From Pavona decussata (taxonomy: Eukaryota), in assembly GCA_977016875.1 (NCBI GenBank), contig CDRNST010000008.1, forward strand, positions 3,720,123 through 3,784,000: DNA of 63,878 bases, given 5' to 3'. Each line of letters starts with the position of its first letter. Positions within the stretch are counted from its first letter, which is position 1. Under the pieces are notes generated by a model. It worked only from the letters and a program-made list of their open reading frames with translations, made no database searches and had not been told where the DNA came from. This document shows positions 40,134 through 54,222 of this stretch, one piece after another. Both the position numbers and the translations under genes were made by a program.

Positions 40134-43100
40134 AACTTGAACAATATGGAATAAGGGGTGTACCCCTTCAATGGTTCAAATATTTATCTCATAGATTGCA
40201 GTATGTACAAATTTATTCTGATTGTAAATCAAAAACGATGACTGTATAATGTGGTGTTTCACAGGGATCCGTTTTAGGGCCTCTGTTATTTCTACTGTAC
40301 ATTAACGATATGAAAGTGCATCTACCAAGCTTAAATTCGTACTGTTTGTTGATGATACTAATGGGTTTTTGAATGGTAAAAAGCAAACTTAACTAGTACA
40401 GGAGTTACATGATTAATTAATCAACCTCTCTAATTGGTTCAAGTCTAATAGGCTTTTCTTTTAATATCAATAAAACTACATTTCAGATATATGTGTATTT
40501 TTTTTCTAATAAAAATTAAGAAAAAGAAAACCAATCCAGAAGGAATTCAAGTCAGAATAGTTAAAATAAACATCGATAGAGTCAAATCATTTAAATTTTT
40601 AGCGATTATTATTGACTCTAACCTTAACTGGAACCTTAACTATATCTGCCAAAAAGTATCCAAAAACATAGGGATCATTAGGTGTGTCAGTCATTTTTTG
40701 CCACAAAAGCCTTTTTACTCTATACTATTCATTAGCGTATCCTTCTTTTTTCTATGGTAATATAGTATGGGCAAACTGTTGCCCCTTGAAAGTACTTGAA
40801 AAACACTTGAAAAACACTTGAAAAACACTGGCAACATACCAACTAAATTAAATAGACTTGTACTCCTTCAAAAAAAGGTGATTGGTATAATATTTTTGTC
40901 AGACCGGTAGCACACACTAAACCTCTGTTTGACTCATCTTACAATTTCATCAAAATAATTTTTTATGCGATGTTCACGCACAAATTAACAAAAAATACAC
41001 TTCCAGATATATTTGACATCTTTTGATTACCAACACTCAAATTCACTGATACACGCTGTTTGGAACGTTTTCGCGACGCCAGTATGTCTAATGTGAGCTG
41101 TAAACCGACAAGTGTATTCGACAGTTGTATTCAAACCAGTTCCTGCACACGTGGTCAATTAAACGTTGTGCATCACCTTTTCAATAGCTCGAGTTTCATG
41201 AAAAAAATATTTAATTAGTTAACTGCTTTAGGATTCAAACAGACTCAGCATATCTTTTGTTCCATTCTTGGAGAGTTGATGTACCTTTTGTTGATCCGCA
41301 AACAGCGTCGGTGTTTCCTTCATTGAGTTTCCTTTCAAGGGGAGTTTGCTTGTATTGCCAATCTTAAGTTTAACAATATATCTCTCCACGTGAACTTTGA
41401 ATGTTAAGTAGTTTCTTTTGTTGTAACACTTGTTGTACTCCACGCTGTACTTTTATGCAAAGAGTTCCGACTCAAACAAAGAACTGATGTACATATATAA
41501 GAACCTGAACGTGCATGTGCTTGAAAACCGGTTATGTTCCCGGTTATGTTGTGAGTCAGAATAAATCTGTGCTGGTCTGAGTTTTAATTTTATATTTCAA
41601 TTTAATTTTTTCCAATTATTTTCGTTTCTCCTTGTTTTCTGTTTTCCTTCTGCTATATCTTTCTTATTTTTTCTATTCTACTTAGTTACTTTTCTTATTG
41701 ATTTACTTCTTTTAAAGGGGCACAGTATTAGTTTTACTAGAGGTGCCCCTCTACTCTCCTCTCCGCTATTTGAATTGTATTTTTGAGCTGCGTGTTAGTC
41801 TATGTTTTTAATACCTTCAACTTTTGTATTTTGCGCTTATGTAACAGTAAGAATGGAGAGTATAAAAAAAAAATTTAAAAAAAATGTTAATTTGTTCCAT
41901 GCTGTCTTTGAGTTATAGTTAGCCAGATCCCGCGTACCACAGAAGTTGTGGCGAGCTTCGTTCCTGCGCAAGTGAGTTGCTCTTGAGTTAATTTTTCCCT
42001 CTTGAGCTAATCTCTCCCCCACCCCCCTCCCCCAACCCGTAGTTGTCGCCGAAGTCGTCGTGTTACGTAAAAAGTACTCTTCAACAGTTGAATCACAAGA
42101 ATAGGAAAAATCCATCGTCACAACGTCATTCTGATCATGTTTCTTTCACAAATTCGATGTCCGGGAAAAATGCAATACCCTATACAAGGGAAAGAAACTT
42201 TTGTCGCCGCGGTATTGCAGATTTTATTGTTTTTATACATAAATGGCATCAGGTGCTTAATTTGTTTGTTGCATTTAAATCCCGAACCCGTGAAGCAAGA
42301 CTGAACATTGAGTGTTTGTGCGGGAACTGAGGAGAAAAATTGCTGCCGGTTTCAGTTGCGTTGCAAGTCTGATTTGCGTTTGTTCACTAATTTTTCTATC
42401 GTTTTGTCCAATGATCATTCTTCTCTGCTTCTAAGGTCTTTCAGCAAAGTTTAGGAAAACTTTAGGAATGTACGATTAGTACTGCTCATTTCGTTTTCTT
42501 CCTTAAAAATTGTATGCACCGAGCACCGGGAAAGTTATAATGTTACCCCTGATGTTACTACTCGCGTAAAATCAGCTGATTGTAGCATTCAGTTTTGCAA
42601 ATGATGCCATGCATGCATGTGATAAAGTTCTTATTAACCTTCAATGATAACGTTCACTGTACGCTTCACATTCACACCCTGGTAGCTCAGTCAGTGCAGT
42701 AGAGCAACGGTTTTGGCTATCGTGAGAAACTCTCTTATCTCTGGGAAACACTGTGGGAAGGTCGGGACAGAAATCCCCAGGACGAACAGAATAGGCAGCA
42801 CTTGGATCCAACCTTAGACTTTAATCACTTGAACGTAACCCAGAATGGGATCAGTGTTACCGGCGATCCGGGGACACAGCTGCACCGGGTGTGTTCCGAC
42901 TCACATGTTACACAACGAAACGCGACGCGGAATTACATCACAACCAAAGAGGCCTAATTACAGAACATAAACAAACATGTACCGAGTTGTATTGACAACT
43001 TCTCCACGCCAAGAGAAGATCTTGCAATGAGTCTAAAATGCAAAATTTAAAAGACTTCACCTTCCTATACGGGTTACCTAAGTTGGGGAAAATCCTTTTG

Positions 43101-43144
43101 TGCAGGAGGTTTGCCCTGTCACGCTAGTCAAAGGGCGTAAAGCC

Positions 43145-43282
43145 CTGGCCCCTGTTGTTCCGAAAGAGTGAATAACTCTATCCAGTGGATGAATCGCTGT
43201 TAAAGCAAATAAAATGTATTCCAGAGAATACATTTTATCTGCTGGAGACCGACTGATCCGTTGTTTGAACAACTGGGGCCTG
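43145..43282. mobile_element. Palindromic MITE
   Basis: CTGGCCCCTGTTGTTC ... GAACAACTGGGGCCTG termini. Confidence 0.7.
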
Positions 43283-43471
43283 GGGTAGTTTTTTTGGGAA
43301 CCGTTTACAAAGTAGTTGTTTAGGTTTTCGAGTCGCTTTTGCAACTGTGCCTTTCCCATGATCTTATCTTCCAGGAAAAAAAGCTGTCAGCTAGAAGATG
43401 AAAGCAAATGAACTTTCTAAACCTTACTTTTTCGATTGTTATCGAATTTTATTTATAAATATACTTACTTA

Positions 43472-43555
43472 CCGTATAATCCCGGCCGGGATTATATAAT
43501 TTCGTAAGGAATTTTGGGTGGGCTTATATCCGGGGGGGGGGGAGTTCTAATAATA

Positions 43556-43622
<67 letters not shown>

Positions 43623-43959
43623 TGACTTTAAATCACTCACAAGACCAAATTCGAAGCTCTGTAACTGTAACCATACCATAACAAAACGAGATCAGACTTT
43701 GATCTCAGTTCTACTTCAAAAGTTAATTTAGGCTTTCCACTTCAAAATCTTCTTGTTCATCATCGTCAATGCCTAGCCTGGGTCATCCGTCTCAAGGAAA
43801 GACTCCACATCTTCTCAAACATTAAACACTTTCTTTCGGGTGTTTACATAAACTTTGGGGCTATAAGGGGAAGGGTGGAGAGCTTATAACCGGTATAAAA
43901 TTTTTGTTTACCGATAGATGGGCCTACAATCGAAGGGGCTTATAACCGGGGTTTTATGG
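43472..43959. mobile_element. Tc1/mariner(pogo)-type MITE with TA TSD containing a (TAA)n microsatellite
   Basis: TA|CCGTATAATCCCGG ... CCGGGGTTTTATGG|TA, internal GGGCTTATA(A/T)CCGG subrepeats; (TAA)n at about 43548-43619. Confidence 0.65.
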
Positions 43960-44563
43960 TACTTAATCGCATATACTTATCCGCAATCCGGCGATGGTAA
44001 AATTCCCCAGTACAAGACCAGCCCCCCTCGCCCCGCCAAATATGCCCAACTACCTCCCCACCCCCTCCCCCACCTCTCCGTTCCAGCCCCTTAATCTCAG
44101 ACGGTTAAAAATCCTTCAGCCCGCCCATGGACTGTCTGGGTCAGCTGTACTGTAGGTTTTCAAAAAAAATGTGAAACCCAACTTTGAAAACAAAAATTAA
44201 GCACCCTTTTTTATTCCAATATCGATTTCCAAGGAATGATTTATGTGACGTCGGCCTCAGCACATTGACAGTCTTTGTCATGTTTTCCACGATTTATGTC
44301 GACGGAAATCACGTAAGAGGTTTTTGGCCATCCGCCCGCCTGCCCGCCCTCTCAACCTCAATGCGAATTTTTGCTTGCGTTTTTCGGACATTTCCACCAG
44401 TCCAACCAGTAGTTTGAAATATTTGTACAATGCGTTCACTAAAAGCAAGCCGTATAGTTATCTATCTGTTGGACATAAATTAGCATTTTGCACAACTAAA
44501 GCGACTAAGCGTGGGAAAACGGATTTTGTTGACCAATTACACATCATTTTTCACTTGTCTTAA

Positions 44564-44604
44564 AAGTGTGAAAATGTCGTACAGTACGGCGCCTTCGGGT
44601 CTGC
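44564..44604 (+). promoter_or_regulatory. Candidate BMP-response element (Smad1/5-Smad4 composite) plus T-box-like site, 3' of Gbx
   Basis: AAGTGTGAAAA then GGCGCC-TTCGG-GTCTG (44588-44603); core identical to 50103-50118. Confidence 0.6.
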
Positions 44605-47600
44605 CTGGACTAACGAGCCACAAACTCTTAGCCAAGGTGTCAAAGCTTTAAACTGCTTGCTAAATACATATCGTGGAAATCTTTTTTTCCGTCCGGATCA
44701 GCTCTAGCATGGGCACAAACAATTTTCTATTTCACCCATGTCAAGTACTGCTGATTTTAACCGAAGATCACCGGATGTAAATCCACCGAGATGTTCTGTT
44801 CATTAGGCGACACTCAGGATACTGCCAGACAAAAGCAACCGTTATAAATCAATTGAAGTGACATTAGATTTGCGCGTGATATTTTCCAGCAACAATTATT
44901 TCACAAAGCTTTCTTTTAAGAGTTCCATTTTAGGGCTCACGGCCGTCAATTCGACTTACTTTCTCTCGAAACATTTTAACCTTTAAAGCGTAACCAGCTA
45001 CAGAGGTTTCATCCCTAATCCGAAAATCTACCAATAGCGTGCAGTATCCTGACGGATATTGGAAACCAAACAAACCTTCTTAAAATGTTGCCGCCATAAT
45101 TATTTCAATTTGACAGATTTTATCAATTATCGCCACTAACGATAGGCGAAAATCTGATTAGACGGGAAGCAAGGGCCCCGCCGTGACAGAGAATAGTGTT
45201 TGTGGTTCATGAATGTTATGACTGATGGTAGATTTTTGCAGCCGTTATTTCGTACTCTCAAAAATTTAATTTTATGTTTGTCCATTGCTTCTCAACAGTG
45301 AGCACATAAAATGATTTGCAAGTAACTTCAAAAATACTATGAACTTGAAGGAAACGCAAAACGAGGGAAATATCACGGTACGTTTACCGTGACAATCGTG
45401 TGAAATTTACGGTTATTGAAATCTGTACACCTTATCTGTACAAGACACGGCCAAAGTAAATGTTACTGAGGGGGCTTTCATTTCCGGCTGCCCCAAAGAG
45501 CATTGCAATGCAAGAAAAACATCGTTATAAAAAAGGTTTACAGTTTTATGTGCACTGACTTTTAGTCCAAACAAGATATCTTTACCTCCGCTTTGGCTTC
45601 TCCATTGTGATACTTCCAACTTGTGGGGATCAGAGCCTTTAGTTTCAAAATATTGGACATTTTAACCGAACTTTCCTTCACTGAATCGGTTATTTTATTA
45701 CAGGTTTACAAGGTTTGGACATACGCAAGCGGTTAATGTTTTGTCAAATAACTTCTTAGCTGTTGTACGCTCCTGTGTAATTCTAATCTGTTTATTATGG
45801 CACAATTTGTTTGTGGAATCAAAATAGAAATTGTTGAAGACCTCAAAGAAAAGTGGTTTGCTTTCAATGGGGGATTTAAATAAAAACAGCGTTGGCTGAA
45901 CTTTCTTATTCTCACCGTCGTTTTGTATATCACTCTAAAATTCTGCAATAATCGCTGCACTGCAATAAATCCAATCTTTTTCGGGCAATTCTAAGCGGCT
46001 AACGTAGTTTGCTACTTGTCCAAGAACAAAAAAAATGAGTTTGAATGGGAGAGATGATTCAAACCCGGATAGGTTAACCGGCCTAAAGCCTCAATAGTTA
46101 CCAGCATACATTTCTCCTACAGTACCATTACTTATCAAAGATATGGGCCATAAAAAGGAAGGCGATGATCACTAACGTTGAAATAAGTTTTCTCAACACA
46201 AGGAGGACATTCAGGAAAACATTCATATGATGTCAATATTGATACTTTAAACTTGTTATAATGGGTGCCCAAAGGCCTTTAAATACTCGTGTCACTTTTA
46301 CGAAGTTTTTGGCAAACTTATTACTACTTTCGATCAGTTACCTTTCGGTTGTGTACATATATCGGGTTGAATCATGGTTGGTCGCCGGATTACACATCTC
46401 GAAACAATTTAAGCGCCTGAATTGACGCCTGAAGAGAATCGTGTTCAAGTTATTTTAACCAGAAATCATTATTTTAAAGTCAAACGTAAATAGCGAAACA
46501 TGCAAACCGTTCTCTTAAAACCCAGTGAACAGCCAAAATAGTTATTCGAACGACATTAAAACCAGAGATGTCGACGTTTGTTGTTCTTTGTTCAACTCAG
46601 TAAAATTACGTCCGATAATAATTCCTTAACAACACGTTAAATTACAAAACCGATATTTTAACGAACGATCAGTGCCGTTCTCCTGATAAGCGATAAAATA
46701 CCATAAGGAAATATTTACCCCTTGATCATGTTCAGCCGTATCTTGCTTGTACAAGAACTGACCTTCAAATCTTACGATTTACAAGAAATTGTTTTACACT
46801 TCAACTGTAATTTAATTGTGCATCGAGTGCATATTTTCCCGATGACTTGAAAAAGCTTTATTTATAAAGTCTGCACTAGACCCGGAGTAAAACTCGAATA
46901 AGCAAGTTGCAACAACTACTGTTTTAAATGTTAAAGCTTTGCCAGTTAACTAGTGCACAACAATTTGCCTTTCCTATTTCCCAGAGGGCGAGCTTAGAGC
47001 ACTTCGGATTCAACAACTCGGGTTCTTTAACCACTGATTTCTACTGAGATTTCTCAAGGAAGAAACGCTACAGCCAGTTTCTTCTGAGGTGTGAAGTGCC
47101 AGATTAGTTCTAAATTGAAAAGAATTACTTCTCATTAAAAGATGCTGTTTTCACACCCTCAAAGTTGCCGCAAGGATCCCAAAGCATTATACTGTAGACA
47201 TGATGGCGACTGAGGTGCGAACAGCACACAGCAAAAACACACAGTAGGAATTATAATTGTTGTCGTCTAGGTATATTCGTACCAAAAATGGCGTCGTAAG
47301 GATGAAATTTGGTCCTTAAATACGCTTAAGAAATGCTGAATTTTAATCACGTACAAAAGAGATGAATAGTTTTTCGATAGGCTGAGTTTATTCTAAGTAT
47401 GCGAAAGTAAACGACAAGTCTTTCTTTTAAGGAAGGAATAATTAGTGTTGTCTCGGTTGACCAAACACTATGCCTTGTTTTCATCATTGTCCTGTCTTCT
47501 GCTTCCACGCATTGTAATTTTAAAACACCATTTACAACAAATTGAATATAACAGGCAATTATCCATGCCATATTAGCGACGTGAACAAAACTGACCAAAG

Positions 47601-47750
47601 TAAAGAGAATGCCAAAACACACTAGCACAGTGCACATTACCTCAGACTTTCCATTCGAACAACAGATAATCTTCCATGTCCACAAACCATAATCATTCAA
47701 AACCAACCAAGCGCATTGTCCATTTTCGATAAATTAATAAATTAGCATTC

Positions 47751-48788
<1,038 letters not shown>

Positions 48789-48889
48789 TGTTGGATGTCG
48801 CCCGCCGTCTTCTTTGTATGATCGCACGAGCGGACACGAATTAGTGACTGGCCGAGTCGGTATTGTTTCTTATCGGATTACGCTCTCTC

Positions 48890-49210
48890 TCTCTGGCAGA
48901 CGTTACTAATTACAGGGGCTGGGATATTTTACGTCAGCTACATTCATGCCATTGGCTAATAAATAATTGAAATGACAGGCGAGAGAGGCCACTCAAATTA
49001 CCCTCAGACGGATCACCAGGACAAAAATTCACTATCACTCAGCCCATGGTCAACTGTAAAATAAAGAAATCACTACTCTCCACCAAGCCAATCAAGAAGT
49101 GATCGCGAATAATGAAATGTAATGTCTCTCATCAATCGGGCAGTTTACATTGTTCTTTTATTTCTTGATCGTTCGGGCGGTATTCTCGCTCTGTTGACCA
49201 ATAGAAATTT
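48890..49210 (-). promoter_or_regulatory. Putative Gbx proximal promoter
   Basis: TE-free stretch just upstream of the ATG with CCAAT boxes, TAATTA, TGACGTAA, TGACAG and a (GA)n tract. Motif-level evidence only. Confidence 0.35.
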
Positions 49211-50079
49211 GTTTATACACAAGGTTCATATTGGACATGGGGTTAATTATAGTTGTTTGGCAACAAAACAATGGGAAGGCAACCAAAGTGCTTTTCTTTT
49301 TTTTTTGTGGAAGCGAGGTCTTCTAATTCATCCATATTTTGGAAATTATTTTGGATCGAACTTTGGAAGTGATACAACAAGATTAAAAACAATTAGAGAT
49401 CGTTTTCGACCTTTTTCATTACCAAATTATATTAAGAAACTTTTTTTATGAGTTTGAAAAGTCGTCCTCGTCGACAGCACATCGGCTCAGTCACTTGCTG
49501 GACCGTGGTTCCTTGCGCAACTCCGTCTACATCTCATTGAATTGAATGAACGGAACTTCCGCAAGTAGGCAAGACCATGAATTATTGCCATTGACAAGGA
49601 AGGAAGCAAGATTAATCGAAATTGCCATCGCGGTTGTCGGAAATAACCCTGTCGGTATTTTCCTTGCGTTCCTCTACTTGTTGTTTTGTGGCCTTGTATT
49701 TGTTTTCACGCTTTGTGTGTGTGTAGCAATTATCATTATAATTTTTTCTTCTCTCAAAGCGAGCTTTGTTTTACGCGTACCTCTATCTTTATGGAACCAA
49801 AAGCAAACAAGTCCAATTTATATAAAAATAAAATATTGATTGAATTCTCAGTTCCTTTACACCAAAAATATTCCCGTTTGTAGACGATGTAAAAGGCATG
49901 TGTTCCAGAACAAGGGATAGTAATGGAACCAAAATGTGACAAAAGGCATTTCACTGCAAAAAATGAGACTTCTTTCAATTCGCTCAAAGTTTTTCAAACG
50001 CTGTCGAGAATGTTGCGTCGTGCCTAAGTGTAACTGGACAGACGGATGTGTGAGCGTTGTCACCACGGCTTGTCACCGA

Positions 50080-50119
50080 AAGTGTGAAAAGTTGTTGTGA
50101 GCGGCGCCTTCGGGTCTGC
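50080..50119 (+). promoter_or_regulatory. Candidate BMP-response element plus T-box-like site, 5' of Gbx
   Basis: AAGTGTGAAAA then GGCGCC-TTCGG-GTCTG (50103-50118). Confidence 0.6.
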
Positions 50120-51367
50120 TAGCCCTTGTACAAAGGAAATGAAATCAGATTAACTGGGGCTATCTCTAAAACAGGGAACGGGGAATGGAGGAATGGGGAA
50201 TGGGGAACGGGGAACGGGGAACGGGGAATCTCTAAAAGGGGGAATCTCTAAAAGGGGGAATCTCTAAAATAGGGAATCTCTAAAAGGGGGAATCTCTAAA
50301 ATAGGGAATCTCTAAAAGGGGGAATCTCTAAAATAGGGAATCTCTAAAAGGGGGAATTTCTAGAAGGGGGAATCTCTAAAAGGGGGAATCTCTAAAATAG
50401 GGAATCTCTAAAAGGGGGAATCTCTAAACGGGAGAATCTATCAACAAACTGGATAAATCTAAGAACGTTTTAGAAGTAGAGTTTTTCCTAAGAGACATTT
50501 ACAGCATTTGCTAACAACCAATAATATTATTGACAGTTGTTGTCATAATTACTAGATATATAAGATAAAAATAAATTGTTGTGGTCGCTTGCCGCAATAT
50601 CTTCGGTAGGGGTGGTCTAAAAAAATTATGCCAATCGATACCAAAGGGCCACATACAGCAAGAGAAATCGAATTTCCTACAGCATCTTACTGCAAAACGG
50701 TAAAGATAAAAGCGCAATTGAATCTCTGAATAAGCCGTAGACTCAAAATGACTGGAACTGGAACCGGGCCTGGCATCTGTAGCACGCGTCGACCATCATT
50801 AACTGGACTAGACAGACGTCTTTATGCCTGCTTAAAGCTTATCTAGTGATCAGTTCAAAAATGTGAAATGTGCGTTGTTTGTGTTGCGATTGATCCATCA
50901 GCCCTAATGGCCTTACAACGATGTCTAATAAAAAAGCCCTAACCAATTTCCTTATATGCCTTTCGAAAGTTGCAACAAACGCCCTCAATGTTTTTCAAGA
51001 AAAAAAAGGTTTCACTGGTCAAGGAAAAAATTCACCTTATCTATGATGTTATCACTCAGGTACCAGACATGCTTATCTCCCTGGGATAACGTAGGCCGGA
51101 AGCCACCCAGATTGCACATGCTAAATATGTTTTCATTGTGTCTGGCTGGTTACGTTTCATGGCGTAATTAACAAGACTAGTAATGAGAATATAAGGTTTA
51201 ATAGCGTCTGCTTTTTTATGCCAAAAAGACAAATTCTCTTAGGGTCGGGTCGCACTAAGCGAATTTTTGTATCTTCTAATTTTTGGCGGTCAAATTTTTT
51301 GGCAAACATTTTTGAACTTCCAATTTAAATGGCAGGAAATGGCTGCAAGAACGTGTTGAGATAAGAC

Positions 51368-51622
51368 ATGTCATCCCGACCTTCGGTCGACCTTTTTTCA
51401 AGTCGGTGGTTTCAGGTCAACATGGATAACAATTTCAAGTTTCCATTGGCGTTTGCCAGCAAAAGAAAAAAGCTTGAGGCGTTTGATGGGCTCCCAAAAT
51501 TTAGCTGGGACGAGATTACGAGCCAGGAAGTAATTGGTCAAGGCTCATTTGGCGCGGTGTTTATTACCCAGTATCAGACAACAAAAAAGCCTGCCGAAAC
51601 AGTGGTTGTAAAAAAGCTTTAG
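51368..51622 (+). pseudogene. Truncated protein kinase N-lobe (subdomains I-II) inside the foldback element
   Basis: FSWDEITSQEVIGQGSFGAVF...TVVVKKL is a GxGxFG loop plus a VAVK-like lysine; the ORF ends at the right TIR array. Confidence 0.75.
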
Positions 51623-52200
51623 AGATTTAAGAGATTCCCCCTTTTAGAGATTCCCTATTTTAGAGATTCCCCCTTTTAGAGATTCCCTATTTTAGAGATT
51701 CCCTATTTTAGAGATTCCCTATTTTAGAGATTCCCCCTTTTAGAGATTCCCTATTTTAGAGATTCCCCCTTTTAGAGATTCCCTATTTTAGAGATTCCCC
51801 CTTTTAGAGATTCCCTATTTTAGAGATTCCCCCTTTTAGAGATTCCCCCTTTTAGAGATTCCCTATTTTAGAGATTCCCCCTTTTAGAGATTCCCTATTT
51901 TAGAGATTCCCCCTTTTAGAGATTCCCTATTCTAGAGATTCCCCCTTTTAGAGATTCCCTATTTTAGAGATTCCCCCTTTTAGAGATTCCCTATTTTAGA
52001 GATTCCCTATTTTAGAGATTCCTCCTTTTAGATATTCCCTATTTTAGAGATTCCCCCTTTTAGAGATTCCCTATTTTAGAGATTCCCCCTTTTAGAGATT
52101 CCCTATTTTAGAGATTCCCCCTTTAAGAGATTCCCTATTTTAGAGATTCCCCCTTTTAGAGATTCCCCCTTTTAGAGATTCCCTATTTTAGAGATTCCCC
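51619..52200. repeat. 16-bp minisatellite array (TAGAGATTCCCCCTTT / TAGAGATTCCCTATTT), right TIR arm
   Basis: Directly visible; inverse of the array at about 50224-50440. Confidence 0.95.
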
Positions 52201-52771
52201 GTTCCCCGTTCCCCATTCCTCCATTCCCCGTTCCCTATTTTAGAGATAGCCGATTAACTGGCTACACGCTGTTCCTTTGGGTAATTACGAGAATTGATGA
52301 CATGATTCACTAAAGTATACAACGCAGAGCCCGGACACCATTGATTTGATAATCCCTTAAGCTGTTCCAGAACAAACAGGCATGTTTTGTTACATAACTG
52401 CGCAGGACAAATCGCTCGCGAATCATCTCATTTTTTAAAAAGGTTTTTACTTCCTCGCCAAAGCTCTGAACGAAATACTGGAAAATTGGTAGTTTTATCT
52501 TTCGTCATTGCTGTTCCAGGATTCGGACAACAATAAACAGGAACGGTGTTCTACGATATATCGATAAAATCGTATTTATCTTAACGATTGTACCCGATCG
52601 ATAAGGGAACGATTACAACCTAGGAAACAGTCCGTATCCTCTGCGTTGTTCCACGCAAAACGTCGTTACGAGTTGACAATAACAAATGAGGTCATCATGA
52701 CGGCAGCTTTTGCGATAAGTTCACCAGACCAGGAAAACGGCGATCAAAAACTACCCTGAATGGCATTTTCT

Positions 52772-52857
52772 TAGCCTGCGTTGCAGCCGGACTTGTCACT
52801 CAAGACTCGATATGGTCCTAAATCAGGGATTGTATAGACTGTCTGCGACGCAGGCTA
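52772..52857. mobile_element. 86-bp MITE with 8-bp TSD
   Basis: TIRs TAGCCTGCGTTGCAG / CTGCGACGCAGGCTA; TSD CATTTTCT on both sides. Confidence 0.85.
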
Positions 52858-54078
52858 CATTTTCTATGCGGCGCCCCATTAAGACTCTGTTATTCAGGAT
52901 TGGTGTAGAAGGTCATTCGTTCGTTCTGAAAACTGAAAAAAAAAAAAAACAGCGGCAGATTTCAACAATGGCTTTCTCTTGTACAATGGGTCTACAATAG
53001 ATAAACCGTGTTTTCCAATTTGTTTCTTTGTTGTATACTAAAATGTTCGAAGTGACTCATACGTGCGCTATGATTGGTGGAATTGAGTTCATTATCTCCG
53101 ACCATAATTCACGTTTCGTAACTAGTTTCTTAGGACTATTGCATCAAAGACGAAAAAAAAAATGTGTAAATTGGCAATTAGAACTATGTTTTTTGAAATT
53201 TGGGAATAATAGTGTCGCCAAGACATCAACAGCCCGCCAGTTTTAATATAACAAAAGTGAAAGTACTTGCCCCTCGTGCATTGTTGAGTTATATAAACAC
53301 TTGGGAAATTTTAAGAACACTTGAGAACTGAAGTGCTCAGAGAAGCACTCGCCCCCAGTCCGGCCTTCTCCAAGCACTTCTCTTTTGTGGTTAAAAATTC
53401 CCGCGTGCTGATATGACGCAACAATGCACCCGCTTTTTATCCAAAGTTATCAAGCTCGGAAAAACTTCAAAGGAAAACTATAAATTGACTACTGAGTACA
53501 CTAACAAGGAGGAATTAACTTCAGTTCTTAAATGCAATCCATATCTTCTTAATAATCAAGGCCTGGACTTTTTTTTAATCATCCGCTCTTCCACAAAAAG
53601 TGTGTACTGGGTTAGCAGCCATCAATGTACAGGCTGACCTCGTTAAATAAAGTTATTGTTTGTTTGTTTTAGCAGTTATGGTCTGCTGCTGATTGTGGTC
53701 TGTGACGGTTATGAAGATCCTATAAAAAGAAGAAAAGCCGGGCCTCAAGAGACAAGGAACTCAGTTCACAACTGCCACAACTGTATTGGAGAGTCTCCAA
53801 TACAGTTGTGGCAGCCCAGGCGGGGTGATTTATCGAATGCCATGTGACATAAGGATTTCTTTTTTTTTTTTTTTTTTTTTTTTTTGCCTTGCTATTTTTT
53901 GTGGTTGCAGTATATCCATCAGGCTATGTCGAACTGTCAAATTTCCAAAATTTCGACACCATCAAAATGACAAGCGAACATGGATGGACGTCCCATTTGA
54001 AACTTTTGATATTCGTGGTTCCGTTTATACTCCAAAAAACCTTTCCAGACCTCTCCGCGCCTGGGAATCCTCCATTTG

Positions 54079-54109
<31 letters not shown>

Positions 54110-54182
54110 CACAAACATCAGACTGGGTGGCGGAATAAGCCTATCGGTTTCAAATTACGCGATAGGCTGAATTTGTAAATAA

Positions 54183-54221
<39 letters not shown>

Positions 54222-54222
54222 G
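54183..54222. repeat. (TTG)n microsatellite
   Basis: Directly visible. Confidence 0.95.

Larger units (their letters stand above)
37950..41050 (+). mobile_element. Decayed CR1/L2-group LINE (APE endonuclease + RT), interrupted by two insertions
   Basis: IMGDFNINL, PSRITSNTATLIDNIFTN, DISDHLP (endonuclease, 37990-38215); LDLSKAFETVNHD..SKLE|QYGIRG, GVSQGSVLGPLLFLLYIND, LFVDDTN (RT, 39800-40365); multiple stops and frameshifts. Confidence 0.88.
50158..52251. mobile_element. Foldback/MULE-like DNA transposon with modular TIRs and 10-bp TSD
   Basis: Perfect TSD GATTAACTGG (50148-50157, 52252-52261). Termini GGCTATCTCTAAAA / TTTTAGAGATAGCC. TIRs consist of (GGGGAAY)n then 16-bp subrepeats (about 13 left, about 36 right). 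Confidence 0.93.

Noticed and set aside
48789-48827. GTG-initiated N-terminal extension of Gbx and TTG start at 48308
   Set aside because: Non-ATG starts from the ORF finder; the ATG at 48788 directly precedes eh1 and 48308 lies in the intron.
51619-52200. Regular repeat array resembling a CRISPR
   Set aside because: No unique spacers; 16-bp tandem units mirrored in inverse at 50224-50440 inside a TSD-bounded eukaryotic transposon.
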